From Rebecca billardiae RCC1528 (lineage: Eukaryota > Protista > Haptophyta), in assembly GCA_965240325.2 (NCBI GenBank), contig OZ251245.1, forward strand, positions 558,001 to 622,000: a stretch of 64,000 bases of DNA, written 5' to 3'. The notes below the pieces were generated by a model, which did no database searches, was not told the origin of the DNA, and worked only from the letters and a program-made list of their open reading frames with translations. Positions 31,295 through 42,392 of the stretch are shown in pieces (positions within the stretch are counted from its first letter, which is position 1; each line of letters opens with the position of its first letter). The position numbers and the translations under genes were made by a program.

Positions 31295-33954
31295 TCAGAC
31301 TGCGTACGCCGGTGGGGCGGCCGCCACCGCTGTCGCCGGCCGCTCGGTGCGCGAGGGCTGCGCGTTGGCTGGCCGCGACGGGAGCGAGGCCGGGCGCGCC
31401 GCGAGCGAGCGCCGCGCGTGTGCCGCGGGCGACGCCGCCGGCTGATGCGCACGCCGGGTGCTGCTGCGGTGACAACGCAGCGGAGCGCGCGCGCGGCGGA
31501 GGGCGCGGGGCGAGGCGACGCGCGGCTGAGCGGGACGCGGCGCGAGGCGCGCGCGCGGCGCCTGGCGCGGGCGCCCGCGCTCGCGCGCGCGCGCTCACCG
31601 GCCGGCCGAGAGCTCGACGCCCGGCGCGTGCGTGGCGGGCGGCACGAAGTGCGTCACGTTGGTCACGATGCACGCCACCTGAGCGTACGAATGCTCCACG
31701 GAGAGATCGGACGGAACTTGCATGCCGGCGAGGGCGCCGGGGAGGGCGTGGGCGACGGCCTCCCAGGGCAGGAGGAGGGACATCACCGTCGGCAGCGCGG
31801 GCGCGCCCGGCCGCTCGGCCTCGTCCGCGCCGCCCGCCGACTCGGCCGCCGGCAGCTGCCTGTGCGCGCCGGCCGCGCCGCCGCTCGCGCGGCCGGCCGC
31901 GCCGCCCGCGCCGGCGGGGTGTCTTGGCAGGTGGTGCGCGCGCGAGCAGAGGAGGTGGTCCACGTCGTCGATGGGCGGCATCGAGCTGAGCGCAGCGGCG
32001 AGGAGCACCGGCTGCGGTGCGTGGCGCGAGGCGCGCACGGGGTGGCGCGGGGCCCGAGTGAGCGCGGCGCGGCGCGGCGCGCTCTGCGCGCCGCACGGGC
32101 GCGCGGGTGGCCGGTGGCTGGCAGCAGCAGCGCGCGCGCGCGGCGCGTGCCGCGGCTCACCTCCGCCCTGCCGCCCGAGTGGCGCGCGGCCGCGAGGGCG
32201 AGCTGGCGCTCGGCGCGCTCGATGAGCTCGGCCTCGTCCCACGACGCGTTGAGCGGCAGCCGGATCACGCCCGCGCCAACGCCCGCGCTCGGCGCCGGGC
32301 TGGGCGGCGGCAGCGCCGCAAGAGGGTGCTGTGTGCCGTGGGGCGCGCCGCCCGCGCCCGCGCCCGCGGCGCGTGGTGCGCGCGGCGCGTGCGCCACGTG
32401 CGCCGAGTCCCACAGGCTCGAGAGCGAGAACGCGCTCACCCCGTCCAGCCCGAGCAGCCGCCGCGCCGCCGCCGTGCGGCCGGCAGACTCGGCGCTCTCC
32501 GCCGAAACCGACGACCAGATGGCGCCCAGCGGCACGAGGCCGCCGCTGCCGCCGGCGCGCTGCAGTTCGGTGCCGCCGCCCGGCACGGTGGTGGCGGCGC
32601 AGACGAGCATGCAGCCGGCGAGCGCGGCGAGCGCGGTCGACTGCCGCTTCGACGCGCCGCGCGAGCCCGGCACGCTCGGCGGCGGCGCGAGCGACACCTC
32701 CGGTGGCGCGAGCGCGGGCGCGCGCGCGGGCGTGAGCGCGACCGGCGAGTGCTGCGCTGCGTCGGCAGCGCCGCCCGCCTCGCTGTCGGTGCGGCCGGAG
32801 CGCGAGTCGGCGTCGGCCGCGGCGGCGGCGGCGTGCGGCGCGGCAGGCGCGGCGGGCGCGGCGGGCTGCGCGGTCGCCGCGGTCGAGTGGGACGACGGCC
32901 GCGACGCGTCGGCCGCGCCAGCCGTGGGCGCGGCCGGCGCGGCCGCGGCGGCGGCTGCGCCGGCCGCGGCGAGCGCAGAGGTGAGCTTCGAGTTCTCGAC
33001 GCGCGCGCGGTACGCCTCGTCGGTGAGGCGCGCCACCTCGGCGGTGAGCGCGGCCACCCGCCCCTCCAGCTCCTCGATGTACTGCTTCCGCCGGTGCCGC
33101 GAGCGCATCGCCGACTCTCGGTTTCGTCGCATCCGCTTGAGCTTGCGCTCGTCGAGGTCGGAGCCGCCGCCCGCCTGCGAGCCGGAGCCGTCGGCGCCGT
33201 CGTCGTCGTCGCTCGCGTCGGCGTCGGCGTCGGCGTCGGCGGAGGTGTGCGGCTCGGCGGCGCTGGGCGTGCCCGCGCCCGCGCCCGCCGGCGGTGCGGG
33301 CGGGCACGCGCGCTTACTGGCGGCGCTCGCGCTCGCGCCCTCTGCGCCTGAGCGCTTGCGCGCGCCGCCGCGCGGCGCGCGCGCCGCGGGCACGGGCGCG
33401 GGCGCGGCGGCGGCGGGCGCTTCGGCGAGCAGCGCGAGCAGCGCGTCGGGCGTCCCGCCCGCACTCGCGCCGCCGCCGCCGCCGCCCACCGCATCCGAGG
33501 CCGACGTCGCCTCAAGCGTCTGCAGCACGTTGAGGATGTCGAACGACGTCAGCTCGGCGACCACGGCGGCCGGGTCCGGGCTGGGCTCCTCCGAGGCGGC
33601 GGCGGCGCTGGGCTCGGCCGACGCGGCGGGCAGGTACGCGCTCGAGCGCTCGGGGGAGGCTTGCGCCGAGCCGTGCGACGGGAAGCCGCCGGCCGTGCGG
33701 CTCGGCGACGGCGGCGCGGCCGCGCACTCCTCGCTCGGCTGCGCGGACGCAAAGCCTGCCGCCGTGACGAAGTCAGCCAGCGGCACCGCGTCGGCGGAGG
33801 CCGCGAGTGGGGCGGCCGCTTCGGATGCGAAGCACGCGCCGAGGTCGGCGCTGGGGTTCTCGTCCAGGAGCCGCGCGAGCAGCTCGTTCTCTTCGTCTTG
33901 GCCGAGCGCGTCGGCGGCGCGCGGCATGCCGGCGTCGGCAGGGGTTGAGGACAT
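31295..33954 (-). CDS. Membrane-tethered bZIP transcription factor, ATF6 / bZIP17-28-like
   Basis: bZIP ERKLKRMRRNRESAMRSRHRRKQYIEELEGRVAALTAEVARL (~32975-33160), hydrophobic segment STALAALAGCMLVCAATTV (~32584-32640) and RRLL at 32452-32463. After intron 32012-32160, exon 2 has TVMSLLLP...YAQVACIVTNV. A probable second intron starts at 31598; otherwise the stop is at 31595. Confidence 0.8.
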
Positions 33955-34442
33955 GCGGTGTGGGCGGGTGCGCGACGCGACGGGCTCGCCCGTGTGCGTC
34001 GGCGGCGTTGGAGCTGGCTCGAGGCTCGCTCCGGTCGCTCCTTGGCGTCTCGCGCTCGGCAAGCGAGGGCGGCCCACAGCACGCGGTGGTGGTGGAGCAA
34101 GGGCCGCGTCTGGAGGCGGAAGGTGATCCTGAGCGATTCTAGTACGGAGCCGGGTACTTTCGCCACCGCTGCAGCGGACAGGCGGACACGTGGCGCGCAC
34201 TGACTGCGGCGCTGCTGACCAACGTGGCAGTCGGACGCGTCGTACCTTCTTACTCACATGGCCCCAAGCACCTATGTACTTACTCCGATCGGGCGCCAGT
34301 TAAAAACCGCCATGGCAGTTGTCCGTTGGGGGGAGCCGCCATCGTGGACGCGAGTGTGCGGTGGTCCGGGAGCGAGCGCGCGGGCTCGCGGGCGAGCAGC
34401 AGCGCGAGGGCGAGAGCCGTTGACAGCCGCGGTCGCGCAGCC

Positions 34443-36602
34443 ATGCAGGCCCCGGTGATGGTCCTGAGTGCGCGCGCACACCGCGCGGCGTTGGGCGCGC
34501 GCGCACGGCGTGGCGCACGCGAGCCTCCACCCGCTCCGCCGCCCGCTCGGCGCAGCCACCCCGCCGTCGGCTCTGGCGCGCGCGCGCGCGGACGCGCCCG
34601 GCGCCCCGCCTCTTCGCCGCTCAGCCGGCATGCCCGCGGCCCCGCCCCCCGCTCCGCCGCGCGCGCGGCGCGCGCGCAGACCAAAACACGAAGCGCGAGT
34701 CGGGCCGTAAGGCGCAGCTCGGCAACATCACCGCGGGCAAGGTGCGCGCCCAGCCCCGCGCCGCTCGCCGCCGCGGCCGTACCGGCTGGCTGACGCTCTT
34801 TGCCCCTCGCCGCGCGCGCGCGCGCGCGCGCGCGCGCAGGCGGTGGCGGACATCATCCGCACGACGCTCGGGCCCAAGTCGATGCTGAAGATGCTGCTCG
34901 ACCCGACCGGCGGGATCGTGATGACCAACGACGGCAACGCCATCCTCCGCGAGGTGGACGTGTCGCACCCGGGCGCCAAGTCGATGATTGAGCTCTCGCG
35001 CGCGCAGGACGAGGAGGTGGGCGACGGCACGACGTCGGTGATCGTGCTGGCGGGCGAGATGCTGCACGTGGCGGAGCCGCTCATCATGCGCGACTTCCAC
35101 CCGACCATCATCTGCTCGGGCTACGTCCGCGCGCTCGAGGACGCGCTCGGCATCGTGCGCGCGATGGCGTTCCCCGTCGACCTCAAGAACCGCTCGGAGC
35201 TCTCCAAGATTGTCAACTCGTCGATCGGCACCAAGTTCATCTCGCGGTTCGCCGAGCAGATGGTCGACCTGGCGATCGACGCGGTCGAGACCGTGTACAC
35301 CGAGTCCAACGGGCGCACCGAGATCGACATCAAGCGCTACGCCAAGGTGGAGAAGCTCCCCGGCGGCGACATTGAGCACTCGCGCGTGCTCAAGGGCGTG
35401 ATGGTGAACAAGGACGTGACGCACCCCAAGATGAAGCGGCGGATCGAGCGGCCGCGCGTGCTGCTGCTCGACTGCACGCTCGAGTACAAGAAGAACGAGT
35501 CCGCCACCTCCGTCGAGCTCACCGACGAGACGCAGTGGGAGGCGCTGCTCAAGCAGGAGGAGGAGTGGGTCGCGTCCGTGTGCCGCGACATCCTGCTGCT
35601 CAAGCCGGACGTGGTGGTGACGGAGAAGGGCGTCTCGGACCTCGCGCAGCACTTCCTGGTCAAGGCGCGCGCGACGCGCGCGGAGGGGGCGCGGGGCGCC
35701 GGGATGGGCGTGCGTGCCGGCGGGAGGGGCATGCGCGCGCTGCCGCGCGCCCGCCGCCCGCCCCGTCTCGCCGCCGCCGCGCGCCGACTGCGCGCCAACT
35801 GACGCCAACCGCCGCGCCGCCGACCAACGGCGCCCGCGCTCGCTCGCTCGCGCGCGCGCAGGCGGGCGTGACGGTGCTGCGCCGCATGCGCAAGACGGAC
35901 AACAACCGCATCGCGCGCGCGACGGGCGCGCGCATCGTCAACCGCCCCGAGGAGGCCAAGGAGAGCGACCTCGGCACCGGCTGCGGCCTCTTCGAGGTCA
36001 CCAAGATCGGTGACGAGTACTTCACGTTTTTCGTCGACTGCGACGCGCCCAAGGCGTGCACCATCCTGCTGCGCGGCGCGTCCAAGGACGTGCTCAACGA
36101 GGTGGAGCGCAACCTGCTCGACGCGATGAACGTCGCGCGCAACGTCTTCCAGTCGCCGCTGCTCGTGCCCGGCGGCGGCGCCACCGAGATGGCGCTGTCG
36201 GTCGCGCTCGCCGCGTCCGCCAAGAAGGTGGAGGGCGCGCTGCAGTGGCCCTACAAGGCGGTGGGCACGGCGTTCGAGGTGATCCCGCGCACGCTCGCGC
36301 AGAACTGCGGCTGCGACGTCGTGCGCATCGTGACCGAGCTGCGCGCCAAGCACGCCGCGGCGTACGCCGCGGGGCAGCACGCCTCCTCGATGTGGGGCAT
36401 CGACGGCGAGAAGGGCGTGATCACCGACATGCGCGCGCTCGGCGTGTGGGAGCCGCTCGTCGTCAAGGAGCAGACGATCAAGACGGCGGTCGAGATGACG
36501 AGCATGCTCATGCGCATCGACGACATCGTCTCCGGGATGCAGCGCAAGACGGCGCCCAAGGAGACCAAGGCCGAGCCTGCCGGCGGCGAGGAGAACGAGT
36601 AG
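34443..36602 (+). CDS. CCT3: T-complex protein 1 subunit gamma (CCT3); 4 exons
   Basis: MQAPVMVLN-QNTKRESGRKAQLGNI.AGK-AVADIIRTTLGPKSMLKMLLDP, QDEEVGDGTTS, EIDIKRYAKVEK, RKTDNNRIARA, LMRIDDIVSG. Introns 34468-34679, 34742-34839 and 35665-35861 (GC-AG). Confidence 0.97.
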
Positions 36603-37037
36603 GCGAGGGATGCCGGCCGTCAGTCCGCGCCGCGCCCGCGCGTGCCCTGACGAGGCATGTGGCGACGCGCTCGGCCGAGTGGCGATCGAGCGCCCTGAAC
36701 GCGCTGCCAACAAATAAGTCGATTGACAATGATGGTCAGATATGTCGCGCGCAGCCGGGTGTGTAGCGCAGCCTGATGGGCGCTGATATGCTCATCTGTG
36801 ACCGACGATCGTCGATGCATGCATGAAATTCTATTCGAAGGACGACTGATGATCAGACAAGACGCTGCTCGGCCGCGCGGCGGCACGGCCGCCACGCCCA
36901 CGGGCCACCGTCGGACTGCGAGGCGCGGCCGCTCAGCATGCGGCAAGCTGCTTCCAGTCCGTACGCTCCAACACTCCCAGGCAGAAGCACGGCAGGCACG
37001 GGCGTCGAGGGACCCCGCCACTCCGCGCCGGCCGCGC

Positions 37038-37656
37038 TCACACCATCACGTCGCCGATGGACACGCGCTGCGAGAGCGTGTACAGCGTGGGCACGAGGGC
37101 GAGCAGCACGAGCGCCGCCAGCCAGAAGCGGCCGTCGCGCACGAGCTGGCGCGGTTCGGGCACGGTCTGCGAGACGGCGGTGCGCATGCGCGCGGCGGTG
37201 AGCTCCTGCGACGTGTACGCTGAGCGCCCCTTGGGGCGCCACGTGTTTGCGCCCTCCTCCTGGAAGCGCCGCCAGTCCTGCGCGGCGGCGAGGCGCGCGG
37301 CAGCCCGCGTGAGCAATGATCCGGGCCGCGCTCGGGGCGGGGGCGGGGGGCGGCGCGGCGTGGCGCACCTCGTCCCAGTCCGTGCTGAACGACGCGCCGG
37401 TCACGTCCTCGCCCTCGGGCAATTCGCTGCGAGGCACCGCGGCGCTCTCGTCTGCCGCATCGTCATCGGGCTCAGGCGGAGGGCTGCGGCCCTTGCTGTC
37501 GCCCGCACCGACCGCGCACACGATCGTGCCGCGGGCGCGGGCGCTGCCGCAGGGGCGGAGCAGTGGGGCACGCGACTGCGGTGCGTACGCGTCCGCCCCT
37601 CTCAGCACGCACGCCGCAACGAACGCGGCGAGCAGCGCGCGAAGTGTCGCGGGCAT
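37038..37656 (-). CDS. Small plastid-targeted protein with a single C-terminal TM helix; 2 exons
   Basis: Signal MPATLRALLAAFVAACVLRGADA/YAP followed by a basic transit-like stretch. Intron 37278-37368 gives STDWDE-DWRRFQEEG..TWRP...RFWLAALVLLALVPTLY. Confidence 0.7.
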
Positions 37657-37953
37657 TGGCCGGGAGTGGCAGCGGCGGAGGAGAGATGCCGCTCGGGCGG
37701 CGATCCAAGACCGGCTTTTCAGCAGCGGGCCAATGGCGTGCATCCGCCGAGAGGACGCTCACAGAAGACGCTCGAACATGGCGACGGCCGGCTTCGTCCG
37801 CGGTGCCTTTGCCGCTGCGCAGTGGCGCGGGTTTTTGCGGGTGTTCGCGCCTTCGCTGGGCAATTCTCACGCCCGCACGATGGCTGACGCGCCGCCGACT
37901 ACAAGTACACTACACTGTCGCCTGGATAGGGGCCTGGCCCCCTACGTCTGTCT

Positions 37954-40561
37954 TCACACACTGCCGAGCTCGACGGCACCTCCCGTAGCCTGGGCCATAC
38001 CCGCCGTCGGCATCGTCGCCGCCGCCTGCGCCTGCGAGAGCAGCTTGGCCGTGCGCTTTGTCCCGAGCTCGGTGAGCTCCTTGAGCAGGTGGCTAAAGTC
38101 CTGGCGGCGCGGAGGGAGGGAGGGGGAAACGGGCGGGCAGGGCGTCTCGGCGTGTGCGCTCGAGCCACGGCGTCCCGAGCACGCACGCTGCCACCCCCGT
38201 GCACACGCGCCACGCACAGCCGCCCGTCCCGCGCACGGCCGCGCGCGCGCGCGCGCGCGCGCGCGCGAGACACGCGACCGCTCGCGGCGCCCACCCGGAT
38301 CGTGAGGCCTCGCGCCTGCCACTCCTCGCCCATCTTCCACCAGAGCGCGCCGTGGAGCTCGTGCACCGCGTCCACGACGGAGCCCTTCTCGTTCGCGCGC
38401 GCGTGCAGCCGCCCCGCCCGCAGCGCCTCGAGGCACACCTTGGTGAAGTTGATCGAGACAGTCATGAACGGAAAGTCTCGGCCGTCCTGCCGCGAGAGTT
38501 GGTACAGCCGCGCTGCGAGCTCGCGCCTGCGCGTGACGAGGTGCAGCGCGTTGAGGAGGGAGAGGAGGCCGGCGCCTGCGCGGGGGAAGCGCACGTGGCG
38601 CGGGCGCAGCCGCGGCGCGGGCGCAAGGGCGCGGCTGTGAGCCGCGCCGCGCGCCGCGCGCCGCCGCGGCTGTGCACACCCGCGCAGCGCGCACGCCTCC
38701 ACAACAGCCGCAGCCGCAGCCGCAGCCGCAGCCGCAGCCGCAGCCGCAGCCGCAGCCGCAGCCGCAGCCGCAGCCGCAGCCGCAGCCGCAGCTGCAGCCG
38801 CAGCCGCAGCCGCAGCCGCAGCCGCAGCCGCAGCCGCAGCCGCAGCCGCCTCTGGCCGAGCGCGGACGGGCGCGGCAGGCGGCGCGCCGCCCGCGCGCCG
38901 CACCGCGCAGGTCCGTCGCCGGGTCGGTGCCCTGGAAGCCGATCAGGTCCCAGTGGCTGCCGAAGCGAGGCGGGTCTCGCGCGTTGCCCGTGAGCGCTCT
39001 GAAGATGGTGCTGAGCATGCGCGCGTGGGTCTCGTCGTCGGGCAGCAGCGGCAGCCGCGCCGCGCAGAGCACGAGGTCGCGCTGCGTGCCCAGCCGCTCG
39101 CCACGCAGCTTGGGGCGCATGAACGGCAGGTAGCGCGGGAGGCACGGCGCGTTGTCCCAGTCCTGCGTGCGCGGCAGGGCGGCGCGGCGCGCGACGGAGG
39201 CGGCGCGGAGTGAGCGCCGCGCGCAGGGGCGCGCGCCACAGCACACGCGCACGCGCACGGCTGGGCGCTGCCTGGCGCGGCGCGGGCACGGCGCGTGCCC
39301 GACCGCTGGCGGCAGCGCCGCCAGCCCTCGGCGCGGCGGGTCGTGCCGGCCGCGCGCGCACCTCGCGCACGATGCTCGGCACCTGCTCGGAGACCGGCGC
39401 ATCGGTTTCCAGCCACGCCCACGCCTCCGCAAACCCAATCTTGGCCCCCACGCCCGGCGGCCCGCCGCCGCGCGCCGCGCGCGCCGCGCCGCCCGGCGGC
39501 GGCGCGGCCTCGAGCGCGGCCCACTGCGCCTCGGCCGCCGCGCGCTCCGCGGCTTCGCGCGCTCGCTTCTGCGCGGCTGCGTCGTCCTGCGGCGGCGGCG
39601 GCGGCTGCTGCTGCGGCGGCGGCTGCGGCGGCGCGGCGGCGGCGGCGCCCGCGCTCGCCGCCTGCTGCACGCTCGCGGCGGCCTGCCCCGCGCTCCCAGC
39701 CGCGGCCTCGCCAGCCGGCACCAGCGCCGACGGCGGGGCCGGCTGCTGCGTGGGCGGCGGCTGCTGATTGGGCGGCGGCTGCTGCGTGGGCGGCGGCTGC
39801 TGCGTGGGCGGCGGCTGCTGATTGGGCGGCGGCTGCTGAGTGGGCGGTGGCGACCAACTGCCCTCCTCAGCGTCATCAGCGTCCTCGTCAATCTGATTCA
39901 GCCCGCCGGTGCGCATGGTGAGCGCGAGCTCGTCGGCCTTCTCCAGGGCGCTCTTGGCCTCGGGCAGCACCGCCGGCTCCTGCTCCGCCTCGCCCGACGC
40001 CGCCGCGCGCACAGACTTGAGAGCGTCGCTAGCGGTGCCGCGCAGCGCGGACGCAGCCGCCGCCTCCTCCGCCGCGCGCGCCGCCTCTGCCTTGCGGCGC
40101 GACTCCTCGAGCGCGGCGTCGATGTCGGCGGCGGCGGCCGCGGCGGCGGGATTGGGCGCGGGGCTGGCCGCAATGGGCTGCGCCGCGGGCACCGCCGGCG
40201 CCGCGGGCACGACGGGCGCGACCGTTGGCGCCGCGCCGTCGACCACGTCGAACTCATCGTCATCAAAGTCGTCGCCTCCCGCCGCGCCGCCGGCGCCGCC
40301 GCGCAGCGAGCCGACCGCGATCGACGCCTGCTCAGCCTCGGCGTCGAGCTCGCGCTCAAACTCCGCGGCGCGCAGCGCGGCTTCCTCCTCGGCCTTGCTG
40401 CGCTTCGCCGCGAGTGGGCGCTTCTGCTCGTCCAGCACGCCCTGGACAGACGGCCGCGCGGGCGCACCGGCGGTGGCGCCCCGCGCGGCGCTCCCCCCCT
40501 CGAGGACCTCGTCCACGGAGGCCTGCATGGCCAGCTCGAGCGGCGTCGGCTGCCCACCCAT
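37954..40561 (-). CDS. ELMO/CED-12 domain (ELMOD, ARF/ARL-GAP-like) protein; 4 exons
   Basis: HARMLSTIFRALTG...[27 protein letters not shown]...FPFMTVSINFT...W...TIR-DFSHLLKEL. Introns 39163-39361, 38576-38903 and 38101-38294. The long acidic N-terminus has (T/N)QQPPP repeats. Confidence 0.9.
38705..38848. repeat. Intronic (CAGCCG)24 hexanucleotide microsatellite
   Basis: 144 nt perfect except one CAGCTG at 38789; lies inside ELMOD intron 38576-38903. Confidence 0.97.
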
Positions 40562-40827
40562 CGTGCCGGCACTCGTGCGATGGCCGAGCGGTGTGAAAGT
40601 GAGCCCTCCTCAAAAGGGGCACCGCCGCCGCCGGGCGTCAGCCATCGATCGGGTGCACCGCCTTGATGTGACGCGGCTCAAATGACAATTAATCTCCAGA
40701 TCGAAAAAAAATGCCATCGAAAAAGCGCGCCCCCGCGCCTGTCGAGCGTTTGCGTCCTCGCCTCGTCTCTCTGATCGGCTGATCGCGTGTCTGGTCCGAG
40801 GCCGTGAATCGCGTCCAGCCGCCAGCG

Positions 40828-41727
40828 ATGTCCGCTCCGCGCATCGTCGGCGCACTCGCGCTGCTGGCTGTAGCCACGGCGTCAGGCACGGTCACCTCGG
40901 CAAAGGCGTCGTCGCGTGGGCTCGCAAAACGTCTCCGCAAGGCGACGGGTGCCCTGGCCGTCGTCCCAGCGCTCGAGCTGAGCTCGGAGCAAACACTCGC
41001 GGTCGCGCCCGGCGCGCTCACGACATTCTCCGCAGCATGTCGCGAGGCGGGGGCAGCGGCGATCTGCCTACCCATGGGCGGCGAGGGTGACATGTCGAGC
41101 TGCATCGACGCCGTCGGCCTCGTCGCCGCCGAGCAGCGCGAGGCGTCGTCCTCGTTCCCGGGCCCGTGCCCCGTGCTCGTGCGAGGCTGGCCGCTGGGCC
41201 GTGGCACCCTCGAGCGCCTCGCGCGGAGCGGCGGCGCCGCACTGGTGCTCCCAGCGGGCGCGGCCAGCGACGCGCGCGAGCGTGAGGCGGCTGCGCAGGC
41301 TGCCGATGACGCGGGCCTCGCGCTCGTGCTCGAGACGGACGGGCACTCCGACCTCAGCGCCGACGCGGCCGCCGACGCGCTGACGGTCGCGCGGGTCGAG
41401 TGCGCCGCCCTTCAGGAGGGTGAGGAGGTGGCGCGCGCGGCGCAGCTGCACGAGGCGGGCGTGCGCGCCGTGATGCTCGCGTACCCCGCGGCGCTTCTCG
41501 ACGAGGACGGTGAGGAGGGCAGCGCATACGTCCGTGCCGTGCTCCGCGCGTTCCGGACAAAGCGCTCGGGCAAGTTTGTGGCGTCCGCGTTTGGAGGCCT
41601 GCCGGCCGACGGCTCGACGCCTGAGAAGCGCAACCCGCAGCTGTGGAGGAGGGCGCAGAAGGAGGCGAAGGAGATCATGCATGACTCCAAGAAGAAGTAC
41701 GGCCACCTCGATCTCCCGAAGCAGTGA
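40828..41727 (+). CDS. Signal-peptide-bearing indole-3-glycerol-phosphate synthase-like (TIM barrel) protein, probably degenerate
   Basis: Signal MSAPRIVGALALLAVATA; FSAACREAGAAAICL...EQREASSSFPGPCPVLVRG...GLALVLET resembles IGPS-like proteins, but the PVLRKDF motif is altered. Confidence 0.55.
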   Translation: MSAPRIVGALALLAVATASGTVTSAKASSRGLAKRLRKATGALAVVPALELSSEQTLAVAPGALTTFSAACREAGAAAICLPMGGEGDMSSCIDAVGLVAAEQREASSSFPGPCPVLVRGWPLGRGTLERLARSGGAALVLPAGAASDAREREAAAQAADDAGLALVLETDGHSDLSADAAADALTVARVECAALQEGEEVARAAQLHEAGVRAVMLAYPAALLDEDGEEGSAYVRAVLRAFRTKRSGKFVASAFGGLPADGSTPEKRNPQLWRRAQKEAKEIMHDSKKKYGHLDLPKQ

Positions 41728-42392
41728 GCGTGTCCCAGCGGTGGGCAGCCTGGGCGCACGCTGACGCCGCGCGGCACGTGCCATGAGCCATCGTCATCTC
41801 GTCCGTAGGCACGGGCTGGGAGCAGCATGACGCGCCGGTTGGCGGCTGGCGGCCTGGCGGGTCCCGTTCCCATCAGGCACCTTGCAGCCAGCGCGCCGCG
41901 GCGTCGCGTCAGACTGGCGGCGGTATTCGCCGTGGTGGTGGCAGTCGTCGGCTACTACCCGTTATTTGAGTTATGAGTATACATCAGTCTTGTCCTTCAC
42001 GAATCACGCCCACGTGACGGCGTGACGCTGCCGACTGTGACTACTGCGCTGTTAATAAAATGCGCGATGATCGAATCACCGTGACAGCAGTCGTTGCCAC
42101 CAACGGTGCGCGCCGTGTGCCGCTGTCCGCCGGGTCCGCAGGCAAGCCACGAGGCATGATGCCAAAGCCGAGGATGCGCCAGCAGCCAGTGATGAGCGAT
42201 GCTGCGCGCTCGCGGCCGTCGCCGCAACACTGCGCCGGACTTACTGGCAGCATCTGAAGCTCGCCTTCACCCAGAGCACAATCACGGATCATGCAGACAG
42301 CCAAGGTACGGCGAGCGGCGCGATGGCGATGCATTGGCAGCCGTCTTCCGCCGAGTGCGTCTGCCGCGCCCCGAGCAGCGCGTGCGTGACGG

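Noticed and set aside
38672-39133. Poly-(QP), poly-(CG), poly-Ala and poly-(RS) ORFs
   Set aside because: Translations of the intronic hexamer microsatellite.
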